A program made the position numbers and the translations under genes. Of a DNA stretch of 64,000 bases, positions 17,997 through 28,523 are shown one piece after another. Position 1 is the stretch's first letter. Every line of letters begins with the position of its first letter. The stretch is from the NCBI GenBank assembly GCA_018823045.1, contig JAHJIX010000002.1, forward strand, positions 64,846-128,845, in the 5' to 3' direction. The notes under the pieces were generated by a model, which was not told where the DNA came from, did not search any database, and saw nothing but the letters and a program-made list of their open reading frames with translations. The DNA is from Patescibacteria group bacterium. Its GTDB lineage: Bacteria; Patescibacteriota; Patescibacteriia; Magasanikbacterales; UBA922.

Positions 17997-18973
17997 TTTT
18001 CTTTATTTAAATCAATAGCTTCACTCATCCATGGGAATGGATTTGATACCCCAAACTGTTCCGGGAGACCAACACGAGTTAAACGACGATCAGCAATATA
18101 CTCAATATATTGTTTAAATCCTTCTGCATTCATGCCAAAAATTCCTTTTGGAAATACTGTTTGTGCAAAGGTATATTCTAAGCGAGTCCCCTCTTTTACC
18201 AAATCAACAATATGTTGTTGAAACTCAGGAGTCCACAATTCTGGTTGTTCTTCTTTAATAGAATTAATTATATTGATACCAAAATTCAGATGTTGTGACT
18301 CATCGCGCATAATATACTGAATTTGCTCAGCTGACCCAATCATTTTATTTTGACGCTGAAAACCAAACATAACAGCAAAAGCAGAATAGAAAAATATTCC
18401 TTCTAAGATAAGCGCAAAGACAGCAATATTTTCTAAAAACTTTTGGTCAGCTTCAAAAGTACCTGTTTTGAAATTTGGATCAAAGATTCCTTCATTAAAA
18501 CTCAAGATAAAAGAAGCTTTTTCGTAAATTGCATCTACTTCTCTATACATATTGTAAATTTCACCCTCATCGAGCCCTAAACTTTCTACAATATATTGGT
18601 ATGCATGTGTGTGAATTGCCTCTTCATAGCCTTGGCGCAACATATACATACGACACTCTGGAGAGGTTACGTGTTTATATGAAGCAAGTACAATATTGTT
18701 CGCTGCAATAGAATCAGCAGTAGTAAAAAACCCTAGTACGGTTTTAAATGCCTTTCGTTCATCTGCTGTCAGTACTGAGTCAGATTTCCACTGCTCAATA
18801 TCATTTTGCATGGTAATCTCTGTTGGCAACCAATGATTTGCATTCCCAGCAAGATACGCTTCCCACGCAAATTTATGTTTCATAGGAGACAATTGCATGA
18901 CATCAGCATCTGCTCCATTAATAATACGCCGCTGATTGATATCAACTCGTTTTTCTGTTTTTGTGATAGGCAT
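17939..18973 (-). CDS. nrdB: ribonucleoside-diphosphate reductase beta subunit (class Ia R2)
   Basis: Di-iron ligand motifs EEAIHTHAY and RDESQHL. SNPFPWM. About 340 aa. Confidence 0.9.
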   Translation of the reverse strand: MPITKTEKRVDINQRRIINGADADVMQLSPMKHKFAWEAYLAGNANHWLPTEITMQNDIEQWKSDSVLTADERKAFKTVLGFFTTADSIAANNIVLASYKHVTSPECRMYMLRQGYEEAIHTHAYQYIVESLGLDEGEIYNMYREVDAIYEKASFILSFNEGIFDPNFKTGTFEADQKFLENIAVFALILEGIFFYSAFAVMFGFQRQNKMIGSAEQIQYIMRDESQHLNFGINIINSIKEEQPELWTPEFQQHIVDLVKEGTRLEYTFAQTVFPKGIFGMNAEGFKQYIEYIADRRLTRVGLPEQFGVSNPFPWMSEAIDLNKEKNFFETRVTEYQVGGTLDW

Positions 18974-19015
18974 AAAAAATAAATTATAGAATAAGTAGCA
19001 TGTAAGAACTTGTGT

Positions 19016-21784
19016 TTATTGACAAGCCTCACAATCAGGATCTTCAATTTTGCACAATTTGACCTCTGCTTTTGGTGCAACAGTTGTATTTGCTACTTTC
19101 GCGGTTTCTTGACGTAAATGGGTTGAACCAAAATTTTGTGTTTGTACGGTTGATTTTTCTACTTGAGAAATACCAAGCGTTCGTAAATAGTAGGTTGTTT
19201 TTAGTCCCATTTCCCATGCATAGGTATACACATCATGCAATTCTTTTCCTGATGTTCCTCTAAAATACATATTAAGTGATTGACTTTGATCGATCCATTT
19301 TGCACGGTGAGCCGCAATCTTAATCAACCATCGCATATCAATTTCAAATACCTCTTTATACATATCTTTTACTTCTTGATCGATGCCCGCAATTTGCGCA
19401 ATACTTCCGTCTTGATATTTTAATTGATTAAGCATTTCTGCATCCCACAAACCTTTTTTCTTTAATGTATCAACTAAAAATGAATTCACAATCGTAAAAT
19501 CTCCTGCTTGATTTGATTTTACAAAAATATTTTTGTAAATTGGCTCAATCGTAGGACTCGTAACAGAAATATTTGAAATTGTCGCTGTTGGCGCTACTGC
19601 CATACAATTAGAATTTCTCATGCCATACTTTTTAATTGATTCACGCACAGGTGCCCAATCCATTGACGATGAACGAGAGACTGGAATTTTTACCCCACGT
19701 TCTTCTTCTAACAAATCAAGTGTATCAAATGGAAGCATTCCTCGTTGCCATTTTGATCCTTTGTATGATGTATATGATCCACGCTCTTCAGCCAATGTAC
19801 TTGAACCCAAAATTGCATGGTAAGACACCAACTCCATTGACTCATCGGCAAACTTCACAGCTTCTTCTGAGTCAAAACGAATGCCTAATTTATATAAAGC
19901 ATATTGAAATCCCATAACACCTAAACCAACTGGACGATGTCGTAAATTTGATTGTTTTGCTTCTTTTGTTGGATAGAAATTTAAATCAACGACATTATCA
20001 AGCATGCGCATTGCAATACGAACAACCTTTGCCAATTTTTCTTTATCAAATATCCCATCAACAATAAACCGTTCAATATTCAGTGATCCTAAATTACATA
20101 CCGCTGTCTCATCAGCTGATGTATTAAGGGTAATTTCTGTACACAAATTTGAATTATGAACCACTCCCACATGATCTTGTGGTGAGCGCACATTTGATGG
20201 ATCTTTCCAAGTAATCCACGGGTGACCCGTTTCAAATAACATCACGAGCATTTTTTTCCACAAATCTTTTGCTTTTATTTTTTTATATAATGACAATTCA
20301 CCAGCGGCTCCTTTTTGCTCATACATGACATATCTTTCTTCAAATTCTTTTCCAAAAATATGATGCAAATCTGGCGTTTCATCTGGAGAAAAAAGACTCC
20401 AATCGCCATCTTCTTTTACCCGTTTCATAAACAAATCAGGAATCCAATTTGATGTATTCATGTCATGTGTTCGTCTGCGATCATCTCCTGTGTTTTTTCT
20501 GAGTTCTAAAAAGTCTTCAATATCCCAATGCCATGTTTCTAAATAAGCACACGTTGCACCACGACGACGGCCACTGCGATTAATAGCAACCGTCGTATCG
20601 TTTGCAATCTTTAAAAATGGTACAATCCCTTGACTCTCAACACCAGTTCCTTGAATTAAGGCTCCCGTTCCTCGAAGATTAGTCCAATCATTCCCAATAC
20701 CACCAGACCATTTTGATAATTGTGCATTATCTGAAATTGATTTAAAAATATGATCAAGTGAATCTTCAACAGTAGTTAAATAACATGAGCTCATTTGTGC
20801 GTGCGTTGTCCCAGAGTGAAATAATGTTGGTGTCGACGGCACATATAAACGCTCTGACATAACGTGATAAAATTCAATAGCTCGTTCTTCTCTATTTTTT
20901 TCAAGTAATGATAATCCCATTGCAACACGCATCCAAAACATTTGAATATTCTCATATGGAATTTTTGTTTCTGGATTTCTATTAAAATACCTATCAGTTA
21001 ACGTTTGTGTAGATAAATAATCATGAGCATTATCTCGAGAAAAATCTAACTCTTTACTTAAACGATCAATATCAAAGACAAGCATGCGTGGGTCAAGACG
21101 TGCATCAGCCACTGCTTGCATGATATTTTTCTTAAATGACATGCGTAATGCTTCGGCCATTTTTTGCTCATCTTTCACCTGCGTTCTTCCTACCAATGCT
21201 CGATTAGTTTGCATTATTACCAAACGCGCAGCAACATATGAATATGCAGGATCACGCTCAATCATCGTACGAACCACCATGACAAGTGCACGCTCAATAT
21301 CAGCGGTGCTCATCCCTTCATACACTTCAAGCTGTAATTGATGAAGAATATCATCAATATGAATAATATCTTCATACCCCTTAACAACAAAAGACAAGCG
21401 CCTCTTAATCTTATCAAGTGAAAACAATTCAGTACTTCCATCATGTTTAGTAACAGTAAGTCCCCCACTTACTGCTTTTTGAATCGTTTCAACCTGCTTT
21501 TGCTCACGTGTCTTTGCATGCTCATAGCGATAAATAATATATGCTTTTGCTACCTCAAAATAATCTCGGTCCATAAGCGCACGCTCTGCCATATTTTGTA
21601 CTTCTTCTACTGTTGGCACACGATCTTTTACCAATTCAGCAACATATGTAACTATACTATCTGTAATTTCTTGTAATGTTTGTTCATCTTTATTAATACC
21701 AACAGCCCCAAATGCACGAACAATAGCTGTATGAATTTTTGTTAAATCAAATGGAACAAGATCATTATTTCTTTTTTTAATCAT
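19016..21784 (-). CDS. nrdA: ribonucleoside-diphosphate reductase alpha subunit (class Ia R1) with N-terminal ATP-cone
   Basis: ATP-cone at MIKKRNNDLVPFDLTKI. C-terminal CxxC tail CKIEDPDCEACQ. About 920 aa. The ORF track extends to 21865; the likely start is the ATG at 21784. Confidence 0.9.
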   Translation of the reverse strand: MIKKRNNDLVPFDLTKIHTAIVRAFGAVGINKDEQTLQEITDSIVTYVAELVKDRVPTVEEVQNMAERALMDRDYFEVAKAYIIYRYEHAKTREQKQVETIQKAVSGGLTVTKHDGSTELFSLDKIKRRLSFVVKGYEDIIHIDDILHQLQLEVYEGMSTADIERALVMVVRTMIERDPAYSYVAARLVIMQTNRALVGRTQVKDEQKMAEALRMSFKKNIMQAVADARLDPRMLVFDIDRLSKELDFSRDNAHDYLSTQTLTDRYFNRNPETKIPYENIQMFWMRVAMGLSLLEKNREERAIEFYHVMSERLYVPSTPTLFHSGTTHAQMSSCYLTTVEDSLDHIFKSISDNAQLSKWSGGIGNDWTNLRGTGALIQGTGVESQGIVPFLKIANDTTVAINRSGRRRGATCAYLETWHWDIEDFLELRKNTGDDRRRTHDMNTSNWIPDLFMKRVKEDGDWSLFSPDETPDLHHIFGKEFEERYVMYEQKGAAGELSLYKKIKAKDLWKKMLVMLFETGHPWITWKDPSNVRSPQDHVGVVHNSNLCTEITLNTSADETAVCNLGSLNIERFIVDGIFDKEKLAKVVRIAMRMLDNVVDLNFYPTKEAKQSNLRHRPVGLGVMGFQYALYKLGIRFDSEEAVKFADESMELVSYHAILGSSTLAEERGSYTSYKGSKWQRGMLPFDTLDLLEEERGVKIPVSRSSSMDWAPVRESIKKYGMRNSNCMAVAPTATISNISVTSPTIEPIYKNIFVKSNQAGDFTIVNSFLVDTLKKKGLWDAEMLNQLKYQDGSIAQIAGIDQEVKDMYKEVFEIDMRWLIKIAAHRAKWIDQSQSLNMYFRGTSGKELHDVYTYAWEMGLKTTYYLRTLGISQVEKSTVQTQNFGSTHLRQETAKVANTTVAPKAEVKLCKIEDPDCEACQ

Positions 21785-21986
21785 GGTAAATGTATGTGTA
21801 CTAGACATAACGTGTAATATTATTGAATAAACAACATATAGTGTATGTACAAGCATTGCAAACACAATATGTTGTGCTTAGACATTATAGCACAGACAAA
21901 GAACTCATACAAAAAACGTATGAAAAAGACTTAGTTGTGCAAAATTTTAAGAATTTAAAGAAAAAAATAGTCCCCTATTTAATATA

Positions 21987-22007
21987 TTGTGGATAAGTTA
22001 TCCACAA
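21987..22007. promoter_or_regulatory. inverted pair of perfect DnaA boxes (TTGTGGATAA-g-TTATCCACAA)
   Basis: TTATCCACA consensus on both strands, in the divergent nrdA / ruvB intergenic region. Confidence 0.5.
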
Positions 22008-22165
22008 AAAATACACTCTATCTAACCTACGCAAATAAGTTGGTGTTTCCCTCTAGTAATGGTACAATACACATAGGAACATATATAAAATAAACATCCA
22101 AGTAAACAATAGATCATCTTTATCTATTTTTTTGCAAACCTCCCTACACTTAACACCTATTATTT

Positions 22166-23194
22166 TTGGCTATGATTAATGCATACGAAACGACCACAGA
22201 GAAAGAACGCCCAATATCCCCAGATATGCAACAAGAAGATACGGCCGTTGATGTCTCACTACGCCCGACAACATTAGAACATTTTATTGGACAGTCTCAT
22301 ATTAAAAATCCTTTACGTATTTCTATTACGGCAGCACAAAAGAGAGAAGAGCCAATAGACCATGTACTCCTCTATGGCAACCCAGGACTTGGGAAAACAA
22401 CTCTTGCAAATATTATTGCTAAAGAAATGCACGCCTCTATTAAAATTACTGCAGGACCAGCACTTGAACGAGTTGGTGACCTTGCTGCAATTTTATCTAA
22501 TTTACAATCAGGAGATATTTTATTCATCGATGAAATCCACCGCATGAATAAAACAATTGAAGAAATTTTATACACAGCAATGGAAGATTTTGCAATTGAT
22601 ATTATTGTAGGGAAAGGGCCTACAGCAAGAACTTTACGTATGCCCCTCGAACCATTTACTCTCATTGGAGCAACAACAAAACTCAACCTCCTTTCAAGCC
22701 CTTTACGTGATCGCTTTGGTCACGTATACCACTTAGAATTTTATGAACATACTGATATTGAATCGATTATTAAAAGAAACGCAACTATTTTAGACATACA
22801 AATGGATGATGATGCAGCGACCCTCATTAGCACCCGCGCAAGAAGAACACCACGTATTGCCAACAGGCTACTAAAACGTAGTCGTGATTATTCACAAGTC
22901 AAACACAATGGTATAATGAGCAAAGAAGCCGCAGAAGCTGCATTAGTGATGCTCCGTGTTGATCATCACGGGCTAGACGATGTTGACCGAAAACTCCTTA
23001 AAATGATTATAGATAATTTTTCTGGCGGCCCAGTCGGATTAAATACCCTTGCTGCAGCAACAGGAGAAGACATGGAAACAATTGAAACTATTTATGAACC
23101 ATACCTCCTCCAAATGGGCCTTCTTGAAAGAACCCCACGCGGAAGAAAAGCAACAGCAAAAGCATATACCCATCTTCAAAAATCTATTCATTAA
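22166..23194 (+). CDS. ruvB: Holliday junction branch migration ATPase RuvB
   Basis: Walker A GNPGLGKTTLA, Walker B ILFIDEIHR, RuvB C-terminal wHTH. Confidence 0.9.
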   Translation: MAMINAYETTTEKERPISPDMQQEDTAVDVSLRPTTLEHFIGQSHIKNPLRISITAAQKREEPIDHVLLYGNPGLGKTTLANIIAKEMHASIKITAGPALERVGDLAAILSNLQSGDILFIDEIHRMNKTIEEILYTAMEDFAIDIIVGKGPTARTLRMPLEPFTLIGATTKLNLLSSPLRDRFGHVYHLEFYEHTDIESIIKRNATILDIQMDDDAATLISTRARRTPRIANRLLKRSRDYSQVKHNGIMSKEAAEAALVMLRVDHHGLDDVDRKLLKMIIDNFSGGPVGLNTLAAATGEDMETIETIYEPYLLQMGLLERTPRGRKATAKAYTHLQKSIH

Positions 23195-23202
23195 TACTCT
23201 TT

Positions 23203-23472
23203 ATGATTGACATACCACTCTACATGTTTCTCTTTCTCTACTTTTTATTTCTTGCGGTTATCTCTGTTTTTTTACTTATCAACTTATATCATATTATTGT
23301 GAGTGGTTCCATGACACTCACCAGCTTCTTTTTAACCTTTTTAATCTTTGGCGGGCTTGGTTTTACGCTCTACATGACCCTTCAATTAACGGCACAAGTA
23401 CACTGGGGAAACACGCTTACTGTTTTTGACCCAGCATGGATTAGTAATATATTTACCCCTTCTAATTTTTAA
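23203..23472 (+). CDS. small membrane protein (2-3 TM)
   Basis: Hydrophobic 89-aa ORF immediately downstream of ruvB. Confidence 0.4.
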   Translation: MIDIPLYMFLFLYFLFLAVISVFLLINLYHIIVSGSMTLTSFFLTFLIFGGLGFTLYMTLQLTAQVHWGNTLTVFDPAWISNIFTPSNF

Positions 23473-23475
23473 ACT

Positions 23476-24033
23476 ATGTCTGTTGATAATCTTATACAAA
23501 AAAAAGACTACGAAAAAGTCCTTTATGTGCTCAGACGCCACCCACTAACCTTTGTACCAACACTGATCCTTACCGTTGTCCTTGCGGCAATGCCACCAAT
23601 TGTTTATTGGATGATTAGTACGCTCTTTCCCCTTCTATTTCAAAAAGAAGCACTCTATGCACTCACAATTCTTGGTGGCAGTATTTATTATGTAAGTTTA
23701 TTGCTTTTTTTCTATACACAATTCGTTGTCTTTTATTTAGATATTTGGATTGTCACAAATGATCGTATTATTGACATAGAACAAATTGGTCTTTTTAGTC
23801 GTACAGTATCTGAACTTGAACTCTTTCGTATTCAAGATATTACGACAGATATTAATGGAATGATCCCCACATTTTTTCGCTATGGAAATGTCATGATTAA
23901 AACAGCTTCTGATAATATCAATATAGTATTTTATGATGTTCCTCATGCAAATCGTATACGAGAAGAATTAATTACTCTTTCTCATGAAGATAGAAAGTAT
24001 CATTATGGGATTACTATGAATGAAGATTCTTAA
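23476..24033 (+). CDS. membrane protein with bacterial PH (bPH_2/YdbT-like) domain
   Basis: Two N-terminal TM helices plus about 80 aa of soluble domain. The pattern matches bPH_2 proteins. Confidence 0.4.
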   Translation: MSVDNLIQKKDYEKVLYVLRRHPLTFVPTLILTVVLAAMPPIVYWMISTLFPLLFQKEALYALTILGGSIYYVSLLLFFYTQFVVFYLDIWIVTNDRIIDIEQIGLFSRTVSELELFRIQDITTDINGMIPTFFRYGNVMIKTASDNINIVFYDVPHANRIREELITLSHEDRKYHYGITMNEDS

Positions 24034-24038
24034 AACGT

Positions 24039-24332
24039 ATGATTAAATGGTTTTCACAACTTCCCCTATTTACTCAAATACTTATATCATATATTTTAGC
24101 CATAAATATTATTACTTTTTTCTTTTTTGGATTAGATAAATTAAAATCTCAGTGGAACAAACGACGAATATCTGAAAAACAACTTTGGCTCCTTTGTTTA
24201 TTTGGTGGATCTCCCGCAGGACTTCTTGCCATGAATTACTTTCGACACAAAACAAAAAAAGGAAGCTTCCAAACAGTCCTTATTTTAATTATTGCTGTAC
24301 AAATTACCGCACTGATTCTTTTATTTGTATAA
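24039..24332 (+). CDS. DUF1294-like small membrane protein
   Basis: RISEKQLWLLCLFGGSPAGLLAMNYFRHKTKK resembles the DUF1294 signature. Confidence 0.45.
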   Translation: MIKWFSQLPLFTQILISYILAINIITFFFFGLDKLKSQWNKRRISEKQLWLLCLFGGSPAGLLAMNYFRHKTKKGSFQTVLILIIAVQITALILLFV

Positions 24333-24681
24333 TGAGACTATGAACAACATTACATTTTATCACAACCCACGTTGTAGCAAAAGCAGAGAGGCTCTTGAAC
24401 TTATTCGAGAAAAAAAAGGAGAGCCAACTATTGTTGAATACATCAAAGAACCACTCAATGCAGAAGATTTGCAAAATCTTTTATCTCTTCTTAATATGCA
24501 AGCAATGGATTTAATTCGAAAAAAAGAAACACTCTATAAAGAAATTAATCCACAAACACAAGAAGAAGCACTCAACGCAATGATACAACACCCAAAGTTA
24601 ATTGAACGCCCAATTGTTGTCTCTGGGAAAAAAGCTGTTATCGGAAGACCCAAAGAAGCGGTTCTTACCTTATTTAAATAA
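24325..24681 (+). CDS. ArsC/Spx family protein (thioredoxin-fold arsenate reductase-like)
   Basis: ITFYHNPRCSKSR N-terminal Cys motif. About 115 aa. The start is probably the Met at 24343. Confidence 0.65.
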   Translation: MYNETMNNITFYHNPRCSKSREALELIREKKGEPTIVEYIKEPLNAEDLQNLLSLLNMQAMDLIRKKETLYKEINPQTQEEALNAMIQHPKLIERPIVVSGKKAVIGRPKEAVLTLFK

Positions 24682-24688
24682 TACATCT

Positions 24689-26572
24689 ATGAATACAGAG
24701 CTGTCACCACAATCAGAACAGTTGGTCTCTATTTTTGCCAAAGCGTGCAGAGGCAGTATTGTCTCTATGGTAACAAATGCCCAAAGTGGTCACCCTGGTG
24801 GATCACTCAGTTGTATTGATTACCTCTCACTACTCTACACACAAATTATTGTAGAAACTAAAGAAACTGTTGTCATATCTAACGGACACGTCTCTCCTGC
24901 CGTATATGCAACACTTGCAGAAATGGGCACTCTTAATAAACAAGAAGTCATTGAAGGGTTTAGACAATTTGGCTCAATATACGAAGGGCACGTGACACGA
25001 CATGTTCCAGGAATTTCATATGGGACAGGTCCACTTGCTATAGGAGCTTCAGCAGCAACAGGTTTTGCACTTGCAGCAAAGAAAAATAGAAGTAACAAAC
25101 GTGTCTTTGTGCTTATTGGTGATGGAGAAGCACAGGAAGGGCAAATGTATGAGATGATGAATTTTGCAAGCAAGCAACACTTGAATAATTTGATTGTCTT
25201 TATGGACTATAATCAAGTCCAACTTTCTGGCGCACTCGCAGACATTATTCCTATTGATTATGCTGGATTATTTAACAATGCAGGCTGGCATGTACTTGAA
25301 GTTAATGGACATAATTATCAAGAGATGTGGCAAGCACTCGAAACAAGCACAACATCGACAGACAAACCAACCATTATTATAGGACACACCATTATGGGAA
25401 AAGGAGTAGAATTAATGGAAAAAGATGGAAATGCACACAAATCAAATTGGCATGGTAAAGCTCCTACTCCTGACCAAGCAAAAGAAATGCTTAAAGCACT
25501 CACACTTAGTAATGAAGAACAAAAAATTCTTTCTGCGTGGAAAGAAACAATACCATACAAACCAAGTAAAACAGAAAAAATAACTGTCGACGTTGGTACC
25601 GCGCAAAACTATCCTGTTGGAGAAATGGTAGATTGCCGGAGTGCTTATGGCAATGCCCTCCTTGATCTTGCACAAAAAAATAAACATATTATTGCGCTCA
25701 CTGCCGATGTAGCTTCTTCTGTAAAAACAAAATCGGTGCAAGATGCTCTACCAGAGCAACATATTGATTGCGGTATTGCAGAGCAACATATGATTTCTTG
25801 CGCAGGTGGACTGAGTCTTGATGGATACATTCCATTTTGTTCTACATTTGGCGTGTTTATGACAAGCCGAGCAAAAGATCAGGCACGAGTAAATGATATC
25901 AATAATACAAATGTAAAAATGGTCGCAACCCACTGTGGGCTATCTGTTGGAGAAGACGGACCAACTCATCAAGCCATTGATGACGTTACCTCATTTTTAG
26001 GATTGTATAATACAAAAATTATTGAGCCCGCAGATGCAAATCACTGTGACCGTATTATACGCTACATAGCACAGACGCCCGGGAATATATACGTACGTAT
26101 GGGCAGACATACATTACCAATACTTCAAAAAGAAGATGGCAGCCCATATTTTGATTCAAAGTACCAATATACCTATGGAGCATGCGAGCTCCTTCGTACA
26201 GGATCAGACATCACTATTGCAGCCACAGGATCAACTGTCGCCGAAGCAATGCTGGCATATGAATTATTAAAAAAAGAAAGAATATCTGCTGAAATTATTA
26301 TTGTCAGTGCTCCAAAAGTTTTTGATAACACACTCTATAATTCTGTAAAGAAAACAAAAAAAATCATTACTGTTGAAGATCACAACGCACTTGCTGGTTA
26401 TGGAACACAAATTATGCAAGCACTTCGTCAACAAAACATTTCAATAACAGCTTCGCACATTCTCGGGACAAAAACCTATGCCCTATCTGGAACTCAAGAA
26501 GAGCTATACAAAGAAGCTGAAATTGATGCATCAGGCATTGTAGCAACCGTAAAAAAATTAATTATATCATAG
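24689..26572 (+). CDS. tkt: transketolase
   Basis: GHPGGSLS thiamine-diphosphate motif, GDGE, C-terminal domain. The ORF track's 5' extension (from 24602) overlaps arsC in another frame, so the start is placed at ATG 24689. Confidence 0.85.
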   Translation: MNTELSPQSEQLVSIFAKACRGSIVSMVTNAQSGHPGGSLSCIDYLSLLYTQIIVETKETVVISNGHVSPAVYATLAEMGTLNKQEVIEGFRQFGSIYEGHVTRHVPGISYGTGPLAIGASAATGFALAAKKNRSNKRVFVLIGDGEAQEGQMYEMMNFASKQHLNNLIVFMDYNQVQLSGALADIIPIDYAGLFNNAGWHVLEVNGHNYQEMWQALETSTTSTDKPTIIIGHTIMGKGVELMEKDGNAHKSNWHGKAPTPDQAKEMLKALTLSNEEQKILSAWKETIPYKPSKTEKITVDVGTAQNYPVGEMVDCRSAYGNALLDLAQKNKHIIALTADVASSVKTKSVQDALPEQHIDCGIAEQHMISCAGGLSLDGYIPFCSTFGVFMTSRAKDQARVNDINNTNVKMVATHCGLSVGEDGPTHQAIDDVTSFLGLYNTKIIEPADANHCDRIIRYIAQTPGNIYVRMGRHTLPILQKEDGSPYFDSKYQYTYGACELLRTGSDITIAATGSTVAEAMLAYELLKKERISAEIIIVSAPKVFDNTLYNSVKKTKKIITVEDHNALAGYGTQIMQALRQQNISITASHILGTKTYALSGTQEELYKEAEIDASGIVATVKKLIIS

Positions 26573-26597
26573 ATGTACGCTTTTACGTACATAACAA

Positions 26598-26630
26598 AAT
26601 AATCCCGACTAAATCGGGATTATTTTTTCT
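26598..26630. terminator. bidirectional terminator (hairpin core CCCGAcTAAATCGGG, similar to the one at 16922)
   Basis: 11-bp stem plus T-run. Lies between tkt and the efp 3' end. Confidence 0.65.
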
Positions 26631-26640
26631 TTAAAAAAGA

Positions 26641-27207
26641 TTATTCATTTACTCGTCCACCATATTCTCCCGTTTCAGTATTTACCAAAATGTCAGTCCC
26701 CTCTTTAATAAAAATTGGTGCTTGAATTTCTAACCCATTATCAAGTACCACCTCTTTAGTAACATTACCACTTGCCGTATCTCCTTTAACCGCAGGAGGT
26801 GCAGTCACAACGGTATATTGCACTTTCTTTGGTAACTGAATTGAAACTAACTTTCCTTCATGAAAAGAACCCACCACGTCTAATCCTTCTTTTAAATATT
26901 TTCCATCATCACCAATAATATCAGCATCAACTTCAATGGTTTCATAACTTTCTTTATTCATAAAAGAAAAACTGTTTCCATCATTATATAGATACTGCAC
27001 CGTTTGACGATCAACACGAACAACATCAATAGTTTCACCACTTTTATATGTTACTTCAGCTCCTTTTCCTGAGGTAATACTTTTCATTTTTGTTTTTGTA
27101 AACGCACACCCTTTTCCTGGGTTGACAAAATGAAAATCTGTCACCACATATAAATCTCGTTGATGACGAATTACTGTTCCTTTTTTAATATCAGTTGTAT
27201 CTCCCAT
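26641..27207 (-). CDS. efp: elongation factor P
   Basis: 188 aa. Conserved loop NPGKGCA carries the modifiable Lys. Confidence 0.9.
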   Translation of the reverse strand: MGDTTDIKKGTVIRHQRDLYVVTDFHFVNPGKGCAFTKTKMKSITSGKGAEVTYKSGETIDVVRVDRQTVQYLYNDGNSFSFMNKESYETIEVDADIIGDDGKYLKEGLDVVGSFHEGKLVSIQLPKKVQYTVVTAPPAVKGDTASGNVTKEVVLDNGLEIQAPIFIKEGTDILVNTETGEYGGRVNE

Positions 27208-27241
27208 ATATAAAATAATTATAAATTTATTAAACAGATTC

Positions 27242-28252
27242 TTACATGTACTTCATAGGTAAGACTAACACATCATTTATGTTTTTGCAATTAAGCAATA
27301 CCTGCACTAAACGATCAAAACCAAGGGCAATGCCTGCAGAGGGAGGCATTCCTTTTACTGCGGCCAAAAATTCATAATCTATCCCAAAAACCTCTTGCCC
27401 CTGGTCCTTACGATATGACTGTTCTTTCTCTAAACGCTTCTTTTGTTCTCGTTCATCAGTTAATTCTGTAAAAGCATTTGCTAATTCAATACCATCAATA
27501 TATAACTCAAAACGCTCGGCATAACGTGTATCTGTTTGTGATAATTGAGAAAGAGACGCCATTTGCGCTGGATAATGATGAACAATCACTGCTCCCATCT
27601 TTTCTAAAGCGGGTTCAATTTCATGTAAAAAAATATGATAAAACAAATTTTCATATTGTTCATCTGCAGAAACAAAATATCCCCGCTCTTTACACAAATG
27701 AAACAAAGATGTTTGATCTAAATACTGTTCTAATGAAACACCTAACACGTCCTGCCACAAATCATTCATGTGCATTCGTCTGATATTTATCTTTTTTAAT
27801 TGATATTTTTCTCCTAACTGTTCATAAACATAATCAAAAAAATCCTCAACTCTTTGCATAATTGTAAACATGTTTGATTCTGTTTCATACCATTCAAGCA
27901 TAGTAAATTCAGGATTATGCAATCCCCCAAAACTTTCATTATTTCTAAAACATTTTCCTAAGCTAAAAATACGACTATATCCTGCTGCCAACATCTTTTT
28001 CATGCTATATTCAGGCGAGGTATGTAGATAATATTTTTTTTGCTCTCCATGTTCATTTGCCACGGATACTCCCATAGGAGTCAAATATGGATCTTGACCT
28101 GGAAAAGCAAGTAATTGAGGTGTTTCTACCTCAAAAAAATTTTGCTTCCAAAAAAATTCTCGAGTAGCACGAAGCAAGGCCCATCTGATATCGAGAACTT
28201 TTTTTTGCTTTGCAATGTGCATTATTTGCTCCATATGGTCAAAATGTACCAT
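27242..28252 (-). CDS. epmA: EF-P--(R)-beta-lysine ligase (EpmA/PoxA, LysRS paralog)
   Basis: Class II aaRS core HNPEFTMLEWY, TSPEY. No anticodon-binding domain. Adjacent to efp. Confidence 0.8.
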   Translation of the reverse strand: MVHFDHMEQIMHIAKQKKVLDIRWALLRATREFFWKQNFFEVETPQLLAFPGQDPYLTPMGVSVANEHGEQKKYYLHTSPEYSMKKMLAAGYSRIFSLGKCFRNNESFGGLHNPEFTMLEWYETESNMFTIMQRVEDFFDYVYEQLGEKYQLKKINIRRMHMNDLWQDVLGVSLEQYLDQTSLFHLCKERGYFVSADEQYENLFYHIFLHEIEPALEKMGAVIVHHYPAQMASLSQLSQTDTRYAERFELYIDGIELANAFTELTDEREQKKRLEKEQSYRKDQGQEVFGIDYEFLAAVKGMPPSAGIALGFDRLVQVLLNCKNINDVLVLPMKYM

Positions 28253-28280
28253 ATTATGAACAATTTTTCAAGACAGTTAT

Positions 28281-28309
28281 TGACAAACGTTTTGTTTTTA
28301 GCTATACTA
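28281..28309 (+). promoter_or_regulatory. sigma70-like promoter for the tRNA operon (TTGACA-17-TATACT)
   Basis: Read from the sequence, about 20 nt upstream of the first tRNA. Confidence 0.55.
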
Positions 28310-28331
28310 TACATCGTAATAGCTTCTCTAT

Positions 28332-28407
28332 GCGGATGTCGTATAATGGTTCATTATCTCGGCCTTCCAAGCCGATGATGCCGGTTCGATTCCGGTCATC
28401 CGCTCCA
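28332..28407 (+). tRNA. tRNA-Gly (anticodon UCC), CCA encoded
   Basis: Acceptor GCGGATG/CATCCGC. Anticodon loop CUUCCAA. Confidence 0.8.
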
Positions 28408-28449
28408 CGAAAGATATATCTTTTATCTTAGTGAACAAACAATTCATAC

Positions 28450-28523
28450 AGCGGGATAGAGCAGTCAGGCAGCTCGTCGGGCCCATAACCCGAAGGTCGC
28501 TGGTTCAAATCCAGCTCCCGCAA
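28450..28523 (+). tRNA. initiator tRNA-fMet (anticodon CAU)
   Basis: Three consecutive G-C pairs closing the anticodon stem (GGG/CCC). Position 1:72 mismatch (A.A). A73 discriminator. Confidence 0.7.

Noticed and set aside
21866-22165. Replication origin (oriC) at the DnaA-box palindrome
   Set aside because: Only one inverted pair of boxes is present. There is no additional box cluster or DUE-like AT tract with 13-mers, and no dnaA/dnaN nearby. It fits nrd regulation better.
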